Source: Candidatus Bathyarchaeia archaeon
GTDB taxonomy: Archaea; Thermoproteota; Bathyarchaeia; Bathyarchaeales; Bathycorpusculaceae
Length of the DNA stretch: 52,950 nt
Direction: 5' to 3'
Assembly (NCBI GenBank): GCA_038883795.1
Contig: JAVZLK010000008.1
Span: 1 to 52,950, forward strand
In this document: one piece after another, positions 1 to 8,953 of the stretch
Layout of the letters: every line of letters begins with the position of its first letter
Position numbering within the stretch: the stretch's first letter is position 1
Translations under genes and position numbers: made by a program
The notes under the pieces: model-generated
Database searches by the model: none
What the model was told of the DNA's origin: nothing
What the model saw: only the letters and a program-made list of their open reading frames with translations

Positions 1-333
1 GAACGATTCAAAGATTGCCCAAGAGTGATCCACATTTTTAAGACTATGGGCGGCTACAACCTAATCGCCTTGGTTGTGGCGGAAAACCAGGACACCCTCG
101 AAAGCATATCTATAGAAAAATGCTCCCTAAGAAGTAGCGCAGGCATACGGAGATCAGAATTCTACCCAATAGGCGAAATCCACTTTTCACCCTTCCTCCC
201 AATAAGAGAATACCTAACCCATAAAGGGAAAGAAACAACACCATGCAATGTAGACTGCAGACCATGCGCACGCTACATAAACAACAAATGCGTTGGATGC
301 CCAACAACAAAACACTATAAAGGAACACTCTAA
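1..333 (+). CDS. Lrp/AsnC-family regulator, C-terminal part with Cys-rich tail (5'-truncated by window)
   Basis: Frame open from base 1 (ERFKDCPRVIHIFKTMGGYNLIALV, AsnC ligand-binding-like); C-terminal CxxxCxxCxxxxxxxCxxC. Confidence 0.6.
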   Translation, partial: ERFKDCPRVIHIFKTMGGYNLIALVVAENQDTLESISIEKCSLRSSAGIRRSEFYPIGEIHFSPFLPIREYLTHKGKETTPCNVDCRPCARYINNKCVGCPTTKHYKGTL

Positions 334-450
334 GGAAGAACATGTTTATACGAAATAAGAAATAACCATAGAATTTTCTGTTAGTGTCTCCTAACAGAAC
401 TTGCAAAGATTTTGCAGAAAGTTTTCTTATTGACGATTGAAAAACTTCAT

Positions 451-993
451 TTAAAGCTTAACGCTTACTTCAAGGCCACCCGCACTTGCTGGCACGTGTT
501 TGCTTGTATATTTCCCTGAATGTCTTACATAATCCAGATAGTCCGGTGCATGCTTCGCGTTATCTGCAATCACGATGCTCCCTTTGTGGAGTTTATCCTC
601 GATTAGCCGTGGATAATCTAGATATTGTTGTTTCTCAGCGTCTATGAAAACAAGATCAAATTTGCCCTTCAACTTTTGAAGTAGTTCGAGAGCGTCGCCC
701 ACCAAAACTTTAATCCTGGGCGGTATTTCCGCCTTTTTTATGTTATCCCTTGCAATTTTTGCTGCTTGAGGATCAACTTCTACGGTAATCAGTTCGGCAT
801 TGCCTTCCAGCTCTTTTCCCATAAGAATCGTTGAATAACCAACAAAGGTTCCAATTTCCAAAACACGTTTAGGCTTAATTCCGCGAATAGTTTCAATAAG
901 AATCCGACCTCTAATAGGCCCAACGATTGGTAGAAACTCACCCTTTTTAATTTTGCTCTCAATTTCGCTCAAAACTCTTTCCGCTTTGCTCAT
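451..993 (-). CDS. SAM-dependent O-methyltransferase (catechol/caffeoyl-CoA OMT-like)
   Basis: VLEIGTFVGYS motif I; FDLVFIDAEK; IADN. Confidence 0.9.
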   Translation of the reverse strand: MSKAERVLSEIESKIKKGEFLPIVGPIRGRILIETIRGIKPKRVLEIGTFVGYSTILMGKELEGNAELITVEVDPQAAKIARDNIKKAEIPPRIKVLVGDALELLQKLKGKFDLVFIDAEKQQYLDYPRLIEDKLHKGSIVIADNAKHAPDYLDYVRHSGKYTSKHVPASAGGLEVSVKL

Positions 994-1560
994 CTATTCT
1001 TCTCCAACTTTCAAACCATATTCAATGTTTTGGTTGTGCAATAAAAACTTCTCGAACTCGCCTTGAATGTCACCGTATTTTAGGCTTAAAAGGTCTGATA
1101 TGCTTAAGCCGCTTTGAACGATGCAGGCTGCGATACAACGGTATTGGGTGTTCTCCATCAACGCTGTGAATTTGGCTATCTCTTCAATGGTCCATGGATG
1201 CTTTTTGTGGACAGCCGTAGCTGGCGGTCGGCTAACATACCGCATGCCCAACGAAATGTCGTAGTATTTAGCTAGGGACTGAACAGCTCCAACATAAGTG
1301 TTTATGGATTTTGGGGCAAAGCCTTCACCTTGTAAATAGCCTATGAAGGCGTTTAGGGTTTTGCGGGCTACCCGTGTTTTCTCTAGCCTGGGCTTTTGCA
1401 GGTCTTCCTCAACAAGCCTTAGAAAATCAGCAACGTTAAGTCCTTGGCTGGCTAAGAATTCTTGGAATATGGCTAAGCCCCTAGCGTAAACGTGGCGTGT
1501 TCCAGCTCTAAGGGCTGAGAGGAATTCCTCGACTTCTGGCGATGATAGTCGCGACATCAA
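994..1560 (-). pseudogene. Truncated tyrosine recombinase/integrase (SAM-like N-domain and start of catalytic domain)
   Basis: FAPKSINTYVGAVQSL core-binding motif; box I-like QSGLSISDLLSLKYGDI; ends before HxxR and catalytic Tyr. Confidence 0.75.
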
Positions 1561-1864
1561 CTGAAAAATTTAATGGAAAAGCCATAACTCGGAACAGCCT
1601 TTCATATTATGGCGCTTTCAAGGTTTTTTGAAAATTTTCTGTTCAGTTAGGCGTTTTGGGCTTTTCTGTTAAGAGGTGTTAACAGTAATGGAGTTACCAT
1701 GCATGAAAACGCTGGGGTGTGGTTTTTCTGCGCATAAAAACGCCAACCGAGGGCTGAGTGGCGGCGCAATAGAGAGTTAAAATAATAATAGTTATAAATG
1801 GAGTGATAGGCGCAAGGCTAGTATATGTTCAAGTGTGCAATTTTTCTTTTAGAGGGATGCCTCT

Positions 1865-2386
1865 ATGCCGAGGCAGAGGCTTGCCGGAAAAGTGGGCGTG
1901 TCTTTGCATCTTTGGGTTCCCCTTGACTTGGCTGAGGCTGCTAAAAGGCTGTGTGTGTCAAGGGGCACTTCTCTAAGCGCTGTGGTAACAGAATTCCTTA
2001 AAAGATGGGTTGGTGAGGCAGGCGAAGCAGGTGAATGGGCTGAAGACTACGAGTTTTTGAAACGGGAATATCGCCGCCTATTCCGCGAGTTTGAAAGGTT
2101 ACACGCCCAAATGAGGAAGGAAGATCCAGAAGACGAACTATTAAACCTAGCAGTAGAACAAGGCCTAGACACCGAAAAACTCGCAAACATGGATGAGGTT
2201 GTCGCCAAGCCTGATCAATTCAGCAATAGCTTTACTGTCAACCCTGTCGCTCTTAATCCTTGCCTCCGCTATATACCGCGTCTTCTTAGGATGGGAAACC
2301 TCAACTCTAAAGCCCTTTTCACCAAAGCACGGTACAAGGGGGCACATGGAAGTATACGTCATGGTGTTCTGGTTGAACAAAAATGA
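1865..2386 (+). CDS. Ribbon-helix-helix (CopG-like) protein with coiled coil; 3' end replaced by antisense IS110 fragment
   Basis: VSLHLWVPLDLAEAAKRLCVSRGTSLSAVVTEFLKRW fits RHH pattern; sequence after ~2207 is transposase on the other strand. Confidence 0.6.
   Translation: MPRQRLAGKVGVSLHLWVPLDLAEAAKRLCVSRGTSLSAVVTEFLKRWVGEAGEAGEWAEDYEFLKREYRRLFREFERLHAQMRKEDPEDELLNLAVEQGLDTEKLANMDEVVAKPDQFSNSFTVNPVALNPCLRYIPRLLRMGNLNSKALFTKARYKGAHGSIRHGVLVEQK
2205..2365 (-). pseudogene. IS110-family transposase internal fragment
   Basis: VEVSHPKKTRYIAEARIKSDRVDSKAIAELIRLG aligns to VLANPLKMKAIASAKIRNDKVDAKVLAFLLRSG of the intact IS110 at 42764. Confidence 0.85.
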
Positions 2387-2906
2387 AATTTAATCTACTA
2401 TCAAACGCGTGAGTGTAAAAAGGGTCTAAAAGGCCTTCCCGTGCCTTAAAACGCTGTAAAAGCCGACAGATAGATTGCATGTTAAGGCTGTTTATAACGG
2501 AAGTTTTAAAATGTATGAGGTGATTTTGAAGTATTAAAAGCGATTAGAGTGTTTATGAAGGGATCGTGGCAGAAAGGGTTCTAAAGCTTAAGCTTACTCC
2601 TTTACAATTGAGTTAAGTCGATAATGTAGGAAAATGGGGATGCGCTATGCATAGAAGGTTTTCGAGCCCCCTCTTACTTCGGCTATTTTAGTCGGGCTAA
2701 TTAGTAAAGTTATAATTTTTTTCTTTAGGCTTTGCTGGGACATACTTTAATGAGGGACCTGCGTCTTCATCGAAGATATTGATGCGTCAATTTTGCCGTT
2801 GGGACGACGCGCGCTGCAAAACTGAGGAAAAATTATTTCAACCTTAAAATTAAAGTTTGAAATGTTGGGTGTAGGGTAAGACGTTATAGTTAAGTGGACT
2901 AGGGAA

Positions 2907-3254
2907 TTGGGGCTTCATGTAACGCTAATGAAAGACAACTGGAGGCTTCGAAGGATCAGCGGCCTATTGATCATGAAGCGCAAGAAGGGTAATCAGTGGG
3001 CTTATTACATAGCAGTAAGAAGGGATGAAAAGGGCAAAAGGTACAGACACATCTACCTTACAAGCGTTCCGACAGACATAAGACATTACTTTATGGGTTC
3101 AGACACGGATTTACTTCAAAAGTATGCCACAGAAGACTTGAAAAAAGCTGGGTTCAAAATCCTAGAGTGGCATCCAGCCCCTCGAAAACCGCCAGCCCCA
3201 AGAAGAAAGCTGAAGACCAGGATTAGGCGTTTACTCGCGCGCTGGAAAGGTTAA
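2907..3254 (+). CDS. Basic hypothetical protein (mobile-element type)
   Basis: 115-aa ORF ending just before the att-like site; no family recognised. Confidence 0.5.
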   Translation: MGLHVTLMKDNWRLRRISGLLIMKRKKGNQWAYYIAVRRDEKGKRYRHIYLTSVPTDIRHYFMGSDTDLLQKYATEDLKKAGFKILEWHPAPRKPPAPRRKLKTRIRRLLARWKG

Positions 3255-3264
3255 TTTAGAATAA

Positions 3265-3306
3265 GGACTCGAACCCATTTGGGTTTAGTTCCCGGCGGGC
3301 CCGCCA
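3265..3306 (+). repeat. Degenerate tRNA 3'-half, probable attR of an integrated element
   Basis: GGG-TTTAGTT-CCCGG-CGGGCCC-G-CCA matches T-arm, acceptor strand and CCA of an archaeal GGGCCCG-starting tRNA (Lys/Arg-like); no 5' half present. Confidence 0.65.
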
Positions 3307-3447
3307 CCTAAAACCTACATGTTTCGAAACATCGTTTGGGGTGAGGCTTGATTAAGGGTTATTGTTCTTAGTTTTTGTTTGGAATTTTTGACCTATGTTG
3401 ACCAAAAATTTTATGAGAAACTCTTATATTTGTTTCGAAAAACAAAA

Positions 3448-4152
3448 ATGGTGCAACTATTGGACGATCAAGAAGTAATCGAGGTTTTAAGATCCTCCGG
3501 TAGACATTTCGGGCGGCTTTACCCTGTTCTTTTGGATAAACATGGAAACGTTATTGATGGTTTGCATAGGCTTGAGGCAGATCCAAACTGGCCTAGAATA
3601 AGACTTGATCACATAACATCAAGCGAAGACAGGCTTGTGGCAAGGCTCATCGCCAACGTTTGTAGGCGTAAAGTTTCAGCTGTGGAGAAAAGCCAAATGC
3701 TGGAGGAACTTGGAAAACTGTACATCAAAGCTGGAGTTAAGCCCGGAGCTGAATTAGCTCGAAAGATCTCTGGGGCGACGGGCATGAGTTTTAGGTGGGT
3801 TATGAAGTACTTGCCTGACAAACTTAAGGAGAGGCCTGGTGCAGGGGGATGGTCCAGAAGACCCAATTTGCCAAATGTAAAAGAATATTTATACACATGT
3901 AAAGTTGCACAACATACAACTGAATCTTTTGCGAAATTTTTGACGGCAGAACCCGCGAATAGGGTTTTAACCATTAAGAAGTATACTAACACAAACTTTG
4001 TTCAAATTCTGTTGGCAAAGCGATTTTACGAGGATGTCGATAGATTCGCTAAAGATTTAGGCACTACCGCTGAAATAATCATTAATAACGCTTTGATCTG
4101 GGCTGTGAGGAAACTTAAAGAATCTTTATCGTTAGATAGTTGTCCTTCTTAG
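3448..4152 (+). CDS. ParB/Srx N-terminal domain protein with HTH-like middle
   Basis: PVLLDKHGNVIDGLHRLEA and ANVCRR ParB motifs; ATG at 3448 preferred. Confidence 0.8.
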   Translation: MVQLLDDQEVIEVLRSSGRHFGRLYPVLLDKHGNVIDGLHRLEADPNWPRIRLDHITSSEDRLVARLIANVCRRKVSAVEKSQMLEELGKLYIKAGVKPGAELARKISGATGMSFRWVMKYLPDKLKERPGAGGWSRRPNLPNVKEYLYTCKVAQHTTESFAKFLTAEPANRVLTIKKYTNTNFVQILLAKRFYEDVDRFAKDLGTTAEIIINNALIWAVRKLKESLSLDSCPS

Positions 4153-4329
4153 GAAAGCTCTATGACCAACAAAACCTTAACTTGATCCACTAAGCTATGT
4201 TGAATAATTTTATTTCAAATGATAAAAACTCCCTATGTTTTGCTATTTAAAAAAGGTATAACTAAGAAGTTCGCGATAATACAAGATAATGCTTATAACA
4301 TAAACTTACGAGGAAATCCTCAGATAAAC

Positions 4330-4740
4330 ATGAAGCAGACGTTAAAGGAGTTAATAAGACAAGGGGAAACAAGCCCCTACTACAAACTTTTAGGAATCAA
4401 AATTGATGAGGTAAAAGAAAATTATGCGAGGCTATCATTGGAGATCTGTAAGAAACATATGCAATTTTTGAACACTATTCACGGTGGAGTTGCAGCAAGT
4501 CTAGCCGACTCAGCCGCAGCATGGGCTATTTTAGGGTCAAGCGACGTTGATGGCTTTCCAGTTACTATTGAGATGAAAATAAACTTTTTAAAACCTGTGA
4601 GTTCTGGTGAGCTTATTGCTGAAGCGAGAAAAATCTACTCAGGCTCCCGGATCATGGTGTGCGATGTAGAGGTCAAAAATTATGAAAATCTCATCGCCAA
4701 ATGCCTAGTAACTTACTACCTTATAAAAAATGCGAGCTGA
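4330..4740 (+). CDS. PaaI-family (hotdog) thioesterase
   Basis: IHGGVAASLADSA; TIEMKINFLKP. Confidence 0.92.
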   Translation: MKQTLKELIRQGETSPYYKLLGIKIDEVKENYARLSLEICKKHMQFLNTIHGGVAASLADSAAAWAILGSSDVDGFPVTIEMKINFLKPVSSGELIAEARKIYSGSRIMVCDVEVKNYENLIAKCLVTYYLIKNAS

Positions 4741-4828
4741 GCTTTCGCTTTTAATCATTAAAATCGTTCTTTCTCTATTTTTGCTTACCATTAGCATGTT
4801 CATTTAACTTAATGCTAAACATATGGTT

Positions 4829-5365
4829 TTAATCCTTTAGGGGCTTCATGCAGTGTTTAACTTTGGCTCGCATTTTTATCGGCATGTGTATGCGTATACA
4901 TTTTGTAGGGCAATGGGCTTCGCATGCTGTCTTCTTTTCTTCTGAAAGACGGTGAAGGCATAGGTCACATATTCTCATTTTACCACTAGAATCAAATTGT
5001 GGAGCATTACATGGACAAGCATAGAAGCATAATCTGCAACCCGTGCATTTAGATGCATCAATGTGTACAATCCCTATAGTATCCCTTGATATCGCATTAA
5101 CTGGACATGCTTGTACACAAGACGCATTTCTGCAGTGCAAACAAAGGATTGGGACAAATTTTTGGTAAACTTTGCCATTCTTGAATTCTGGGCCTACCGG
5201 TAAAATCCTGATGAGGCTGGGATTTTCATTTTTTGAGCATTTATTTGTTATGTTAAGCGGTAGATTATGTTCCATTTTACATGCAATAACGCATGTATAG
5301 CAACCTATGCATTTCTCCTTATAAACAGATACGATTTTATGTGTTAATGTTCTCGTCGTTTTTAT
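4829..5365 (-). CDS. 4Fe-4S multicluster electron-transfer subunit (DmsB/FdnH-like); start anomalous
   Basis: CIGCYTCVIAC (upstream of ORF-track ATG), CLHCRNASCVQACP, CTGCRLCFYACP, CDLC...CEAHCP. Confidence 0.88.
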   Translation of the reverse strand: MKTTRTLTHKIVSVYKEKCIGCYTCVIACKMEHNLPLNITNKCSKNENPSLIRILPVGPEFKNGKVYQKFVPILCLHCRNASCVQACPVNAISRDTIGIVHIDASKCTGCRLCFYACPCNAPQFDSSGKMRICDLCLHRLSEEKKTACEAHCPTKCIRIHMPIKMRAKVKHCMKPLKD

Positions 5366-7500
5366 TCATCCTCCTTGCATGGGTAAACTTTGCACAGTAA
5401 TGCCCTAAAATTTGTTGATCCCATGGCTGGATCAAATGGCGGTTCATTGCTAGTTAAAATGTTAGCATTGCTTTTCCATACACCGTGATCTGGACCGGGT
5501 TCCTCAGGGTAATACCATGATGCTTGGACAACAACAATTTTAGGGTGCATGCCAGCGAATAAGACTGCTTTTTGCTTTATTCTGCCTCTCTTAGTTTCGA
5601 TCCAAACCCAATCGCCATCTTTTATGCCCAGTTCTTTGGCGGTTTCCGGGTGTATCTGCACGGCTGGATACGGTTGCAGTTCTCGTAGCCAAGGGTTCTG
5701 GCGGTATTGAGAATGGAAATAATAAGGCACCCTACCTCCCGTTGAAAGAATTAATGGATAATCTTTGTAAAGTTCGGGAGTGCTATATGGGCTTTCATTT
5801 GGCTCCTTGAAATCTGGCAGTGGATCATAGCCCAGTTCTTCCATTATTGTTGAGTAAAGCTCCACCTTTCCTGTTGGAGTGTTGAAACCTCCCCCCTTCC
5901 TCCAGTAGTCTGTCTTATATTTATAATAAAGCTGTTCTTTCCCCATACTTGCTAATACACCCATTTTTTTAAATTGTTTCCAAGTTATTTTTGCCTCCCT
6001 TAATCGATGATTAAGCATCTCTTCAACGTCATTGAACCAGTATTGAGGTGCGAGGCGCTTGCCTAACTCGTTTAAAATCTTATTGTCTGGCCACGCTTCA
6101 CCAAGTGGCTCTACAGCTTTCTGCACAGCTGAAATAAAAAACCTTGGATGCATGTCATATATATCATCTGTCTCTAACCAATGAGCCACTGGTAGAACAA
6201 CATCCGCATATTCTGCCGTTGGGCTCATATAAAGATCTGCAACCGATAGAAACTCCAATTTTAACAATGCCTCTAAAACTGCCTTCGAGTTAGCATAGCA
6301 TAAAAGAGGATTTGACCCTTGAATGTGCATGACTTTTACTGTGCCTTCTCCATTTCTTATCTCTTCAAGCATAGTTTCTACGTGACATAAAGCTAGTGGA
6401 GATTTTGCTAAAAGACGAAATTTGTCAGCTCCGACGGGCAGCCCTTTTGGGGCAGGAACTTCCAGGATAAATTTGTCTGACGCCGCTGCAACTGCTGGTA
6501 TCCAGCTAACCATACTCCCTGGTCTCTCAATATTGCCCGTTATGGACGTAAGGCAAATTATAGCTCTTAATGTTTGAGTTGAGTTAATGCCCGCTTCAAG
6601 GCTTTCTCCAATTTGAATACATCCTGGTTTGCGTTTAGCAAAAATTCTCGCTGCCTCCACAATGTCTTCTTTAGGGATCCATGTTATTTCAGCAACTTTG
6701 TCAGGAGAGTACCTTTGAACTCTTCTCTTTAACTTATCAAATCCATAAGTCCAATTCTTCACAAATTCTTCGTCAAATAAATACTCATTAATTATTACAT
6801 TCATCATTCCAAGAGCAAGCGCAGCATCGGTACCTGGTCTAATAGGCAACAATAAGTTCGCCCTGTTTGCTAGACGAGTTGCTCTGGGATCTACAAGTAT
6901 GAAGTATTCAGCCTTTTCAAGTGCGTTAAGGAACCAAACAGCCATCTCTCCATCTGCATTAGTTATTTCCAGTTGTTTACCCCAATGTATTATTGTCTTG
7001 GGTAGTTCACCACCCCAACCATGGTAATCGCAGTATAATCTTTCTCCAACAGTTATTGTGAAAGTAGCCAATCGAGGGGCGAAGCAGAAGTGGGCTGGCG
7101 CAAACACGTTTGGCGTACCGATTGATCTTGCAAACCTAAAAGTGTACTCGTTATACCCTCTACCAGTTCCTTGACCTATCGCTACAGAACTAGGACCATA
7201 TTTCTTAATGCTCTCTTTTATTTTTATTGCTATAGTATTTAAGGCTTCACTCCAACTCACCCTTTTCCATCTACCTTCACCACGTTCTCCAATTCTCTTT
7301 AAAGGATATAAAATCCTATTTGGATTATAAACTTCCAAAATACTTGCAAGTCCTTTGGCGCACATGGTTCCTTTCGTAATCGAATTTGGATCGCCTTCGA
7401 TATACACTATCTTTCCATTTTCAACCGTAACTATTGCTCTGCAGCCACCATGACAGCTTTTGCAAGTGGTTTTAACCATTCTTTTTTGATGAGAACTCAT
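5362..7500 (-). CDS. Bis-MGD Mo/W oxidoreductase catalytic subunit, acetylene-hydratase-like clade, cytoplasmic
   Basis: CKSCHGGC...CAKG 4Fe-4S motif; AHFC Cys ligand position; RPGTDAALALG; FHSQYR C-terminal domain; no Tat signal. Confidence 0.92.
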   Translation of the reverse strand: MSSHQKRMVKTTCKSCHGGCRAIVTVENGKIVYIEGDPNSITKGTMCAKGLASILEVYNPNRILYPLKRIGERGEGRWKRVSWSEALNTIAIKIKESIKKYGPSSVAIGQGTGRGYNEYTFRFARSIGTPNVFAPAHFCFAPRLATFTITVGERLYCDYHGWGGELPKTIIHWGKQLEITNADGEMAVWFLNALEKAEYFILVDPRATRLANRANLLLPIRPGTDAALALGMMNVIINEYLFDEEFVKNWTYGFDKLKRRVQRYSPDKVAEITWIPKEDIVEAARIFAKRKPGCIQIGESLEAGINSTQTLRAIICLTSITGNIERPGSMVSWIPAVAAASDKFILEVPAPKGLPVGADKFRLLAKSPLALCHVETMLEEIRNGEGTVKVMHIQGSNPLLCYANSKAVLEALLKLEFLSVADLYMSPTAEYADVVLPVAHWLETDDIYDMHPRFFISAVQKAVEPLGEAWPDNKILNELGKRLAPQYWFNDVEEMLNHRLREAKITWKQFKKMGVLASMGKEQLYYKYKTDYWRKGGGFNTPTGKVELYSTIMEELGYDPLPDFKEPNESPYSTPELYKDYPLILSTGGRVPYYFHSQYRQNPWLRELQPYPAVQIHPETAKELGIKDGDWVWIETKRGRIKQKAVLFAGMHPKIVVVQASWYYPEEPGPDHGVWKSNANILTSNEPPFDPAMGSTNFRALLCKVYPCKEDE

Positions 7501-7707
7501 GCTTCATCCAAACTACATTAACGAATTTATTTCTTTTGATAGTGAGATAAAAATTTTGAGAATTTCCTATAGAAATTATACAAAGGTTGTTGCTTTGAAT
7601 TGGAAAAGCGGGATTTATTATTAAGTTCAATGCGCAAATGATCAAATAGGAAAATTTATAACTTAAATGCGATTTACATTTTATTCTATAAAAGGGGGTA
7701 AACAATC

Positions 7708-8937
7708 GTGTCATGGGGAAGTATGGGAACAGATCGTGAAGAAAGAATCAACTATGAGCGCATGAGGAACTACAGGCTGGAAAGGATGAAAAGTCAAATG
7801 AAGAAAGACGGTATTGGCGCTTTGCTTTCTTTTGATGCGTGGACGGTGCGTTACTTGAGTGGCGCATACGTTACAATACCTACACGCTGGATAGAGAGCC
7901 AGGCTGTGGTTTTGCCTAAGGATGGTGACCCATATGTTTTCGGGGGAGGCAGCGGTTGCCCGTACCGTATGAGGGAGGAAATGCCTTGGCTTAAGAGAAA
8001 AGTCTACGGTATGTTTGGCATGTTAAAAATTCTCGAGTCAAAAGAAGACTTTAAGCCCGTTGTTGAGGCAGTTACTAAAATATTAGAGGAAAACGGCGTA
8101 AAGGATGAGCCCTTAGGCATAGAAGGCTGCAGCTCACAACTTATTATATCCGAGGCTTTCAAAGACGTGGGAATATCTGTTGTTGACGCAAGACACACTG
8201 TACAAGAGGCACGGAAAATAAAGAATAAGGACGAAATTGAATGCATACGTATGGCCTCTGCTATGGCCGAAGCGGCTTTCGAAGAAATCCGCCAAGCAAT
8301 AAAGCCAGGTGTTAAAGAGTGTGCGCTGGTAGGCATTGGGATGAAAAAATTGTATGAACTGGGAGCTGATGAATGTCAAGAGTTCGTGTGCATATCTGGA
8401 CCGTTAACAAATCCATGGCGTATTGACTATACAGATAGAATGATAAGACCTGGTGACTTGGTTATTGTCGATATAAACGGAGCGTCTTTTAACGGATACA
8501 AAACATGCTACTACCGTACTTTCAGCTGCGGGAAACCCACGGCAGAACAGAGGGAAATCTATCAAATATGTAGGGACATGTTAAAGGATGGCTTGAGCGC
8601 TGTTAAGCCTGGTAATACAACTTTGGACATATGTGAAAAGTGGCCAACAGACCCGAGTTTTTGGGGCTATGAATCATGGCAAGATGCTGTCGGTTTAGCC
8701 CTTGGGCACGGCTTAGGGCTAAGTCTACATGAAAAACCGTTTATATCATATCCTGTTGCCAAAAGAAAACCTGAAAAACTTGAACCTGGCATGGTCATAG
8801 CTGTGGAAACATGGTATGGAAAATGGGGTGGACGAGACGCTGTCCGGTTAGAAGACGTGGTAGCGGTAACCGAAACGGGATATGACCTTCTCACAGTTTG
8901 GCCAATAGACGAGTTGACGGTATGTTGGACCGGCTAA
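7708..8937 (+). CDS. M24-family (Xaa-Pro peptidase/creatinase-like) hydrolase
   Basis: ARKIKNKDEI; VDING; GHGLGLSLHEKP; AVE; RLED. Confidence 0.88.
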   Translation: MSWGSMGTDREERINYERMRNYRLERMKSQMKKDGIGALLSFDAWTVRYLSGAYVTIPTRWIESQAVVLPKDGDPYVFGGGSGCPYRMREEMPWLKRKVYGMFGMLKILESKEDFKPVVEAVTKILEENGVKDEPLGIEGCSSQLIISEAFKDVGISVVDARHTVQEARKIKNKDEIECIRMASAMAEAAFEEIRQAIKPGVKECALVGIGMKKLYELGADECQEFVCISGPLTNPWRIDYTDRMIRPGDLVIVDINGASFNGYKTCYYRTFSCGKPTAEQREIYQICRDMLKDGLSAVKPGNTTLDICEKWPTDPSFWGYESWQDAVGLALGHGLGLSLHEKPFISYPVAKRKPEKLEPGMVIAVETWYGKWGGRDAVRLEDVVAVTETGYDLLTVWPIDELTVCWTG

Positions 8938-8953
8938 GAGGCTGAGGGGGTTT

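Noticed and set aside
2636-2690. Possible tRNA (GGGGATGCG...TTCGAGCCCC)
   Set aside because: No cloverleaf can be formed; only a T-loop-like word
3265-3306. Intact tRNA gene
   Set aside because: No 5' acceptor strand, D-arm or anticodon arm, and the T-loop is degenerate; kept as an att-like site
3448-4152. ParB as part of a partition system
   Set aside because: No ParA or parS-like array nearby; lies outside the att-bounded relic
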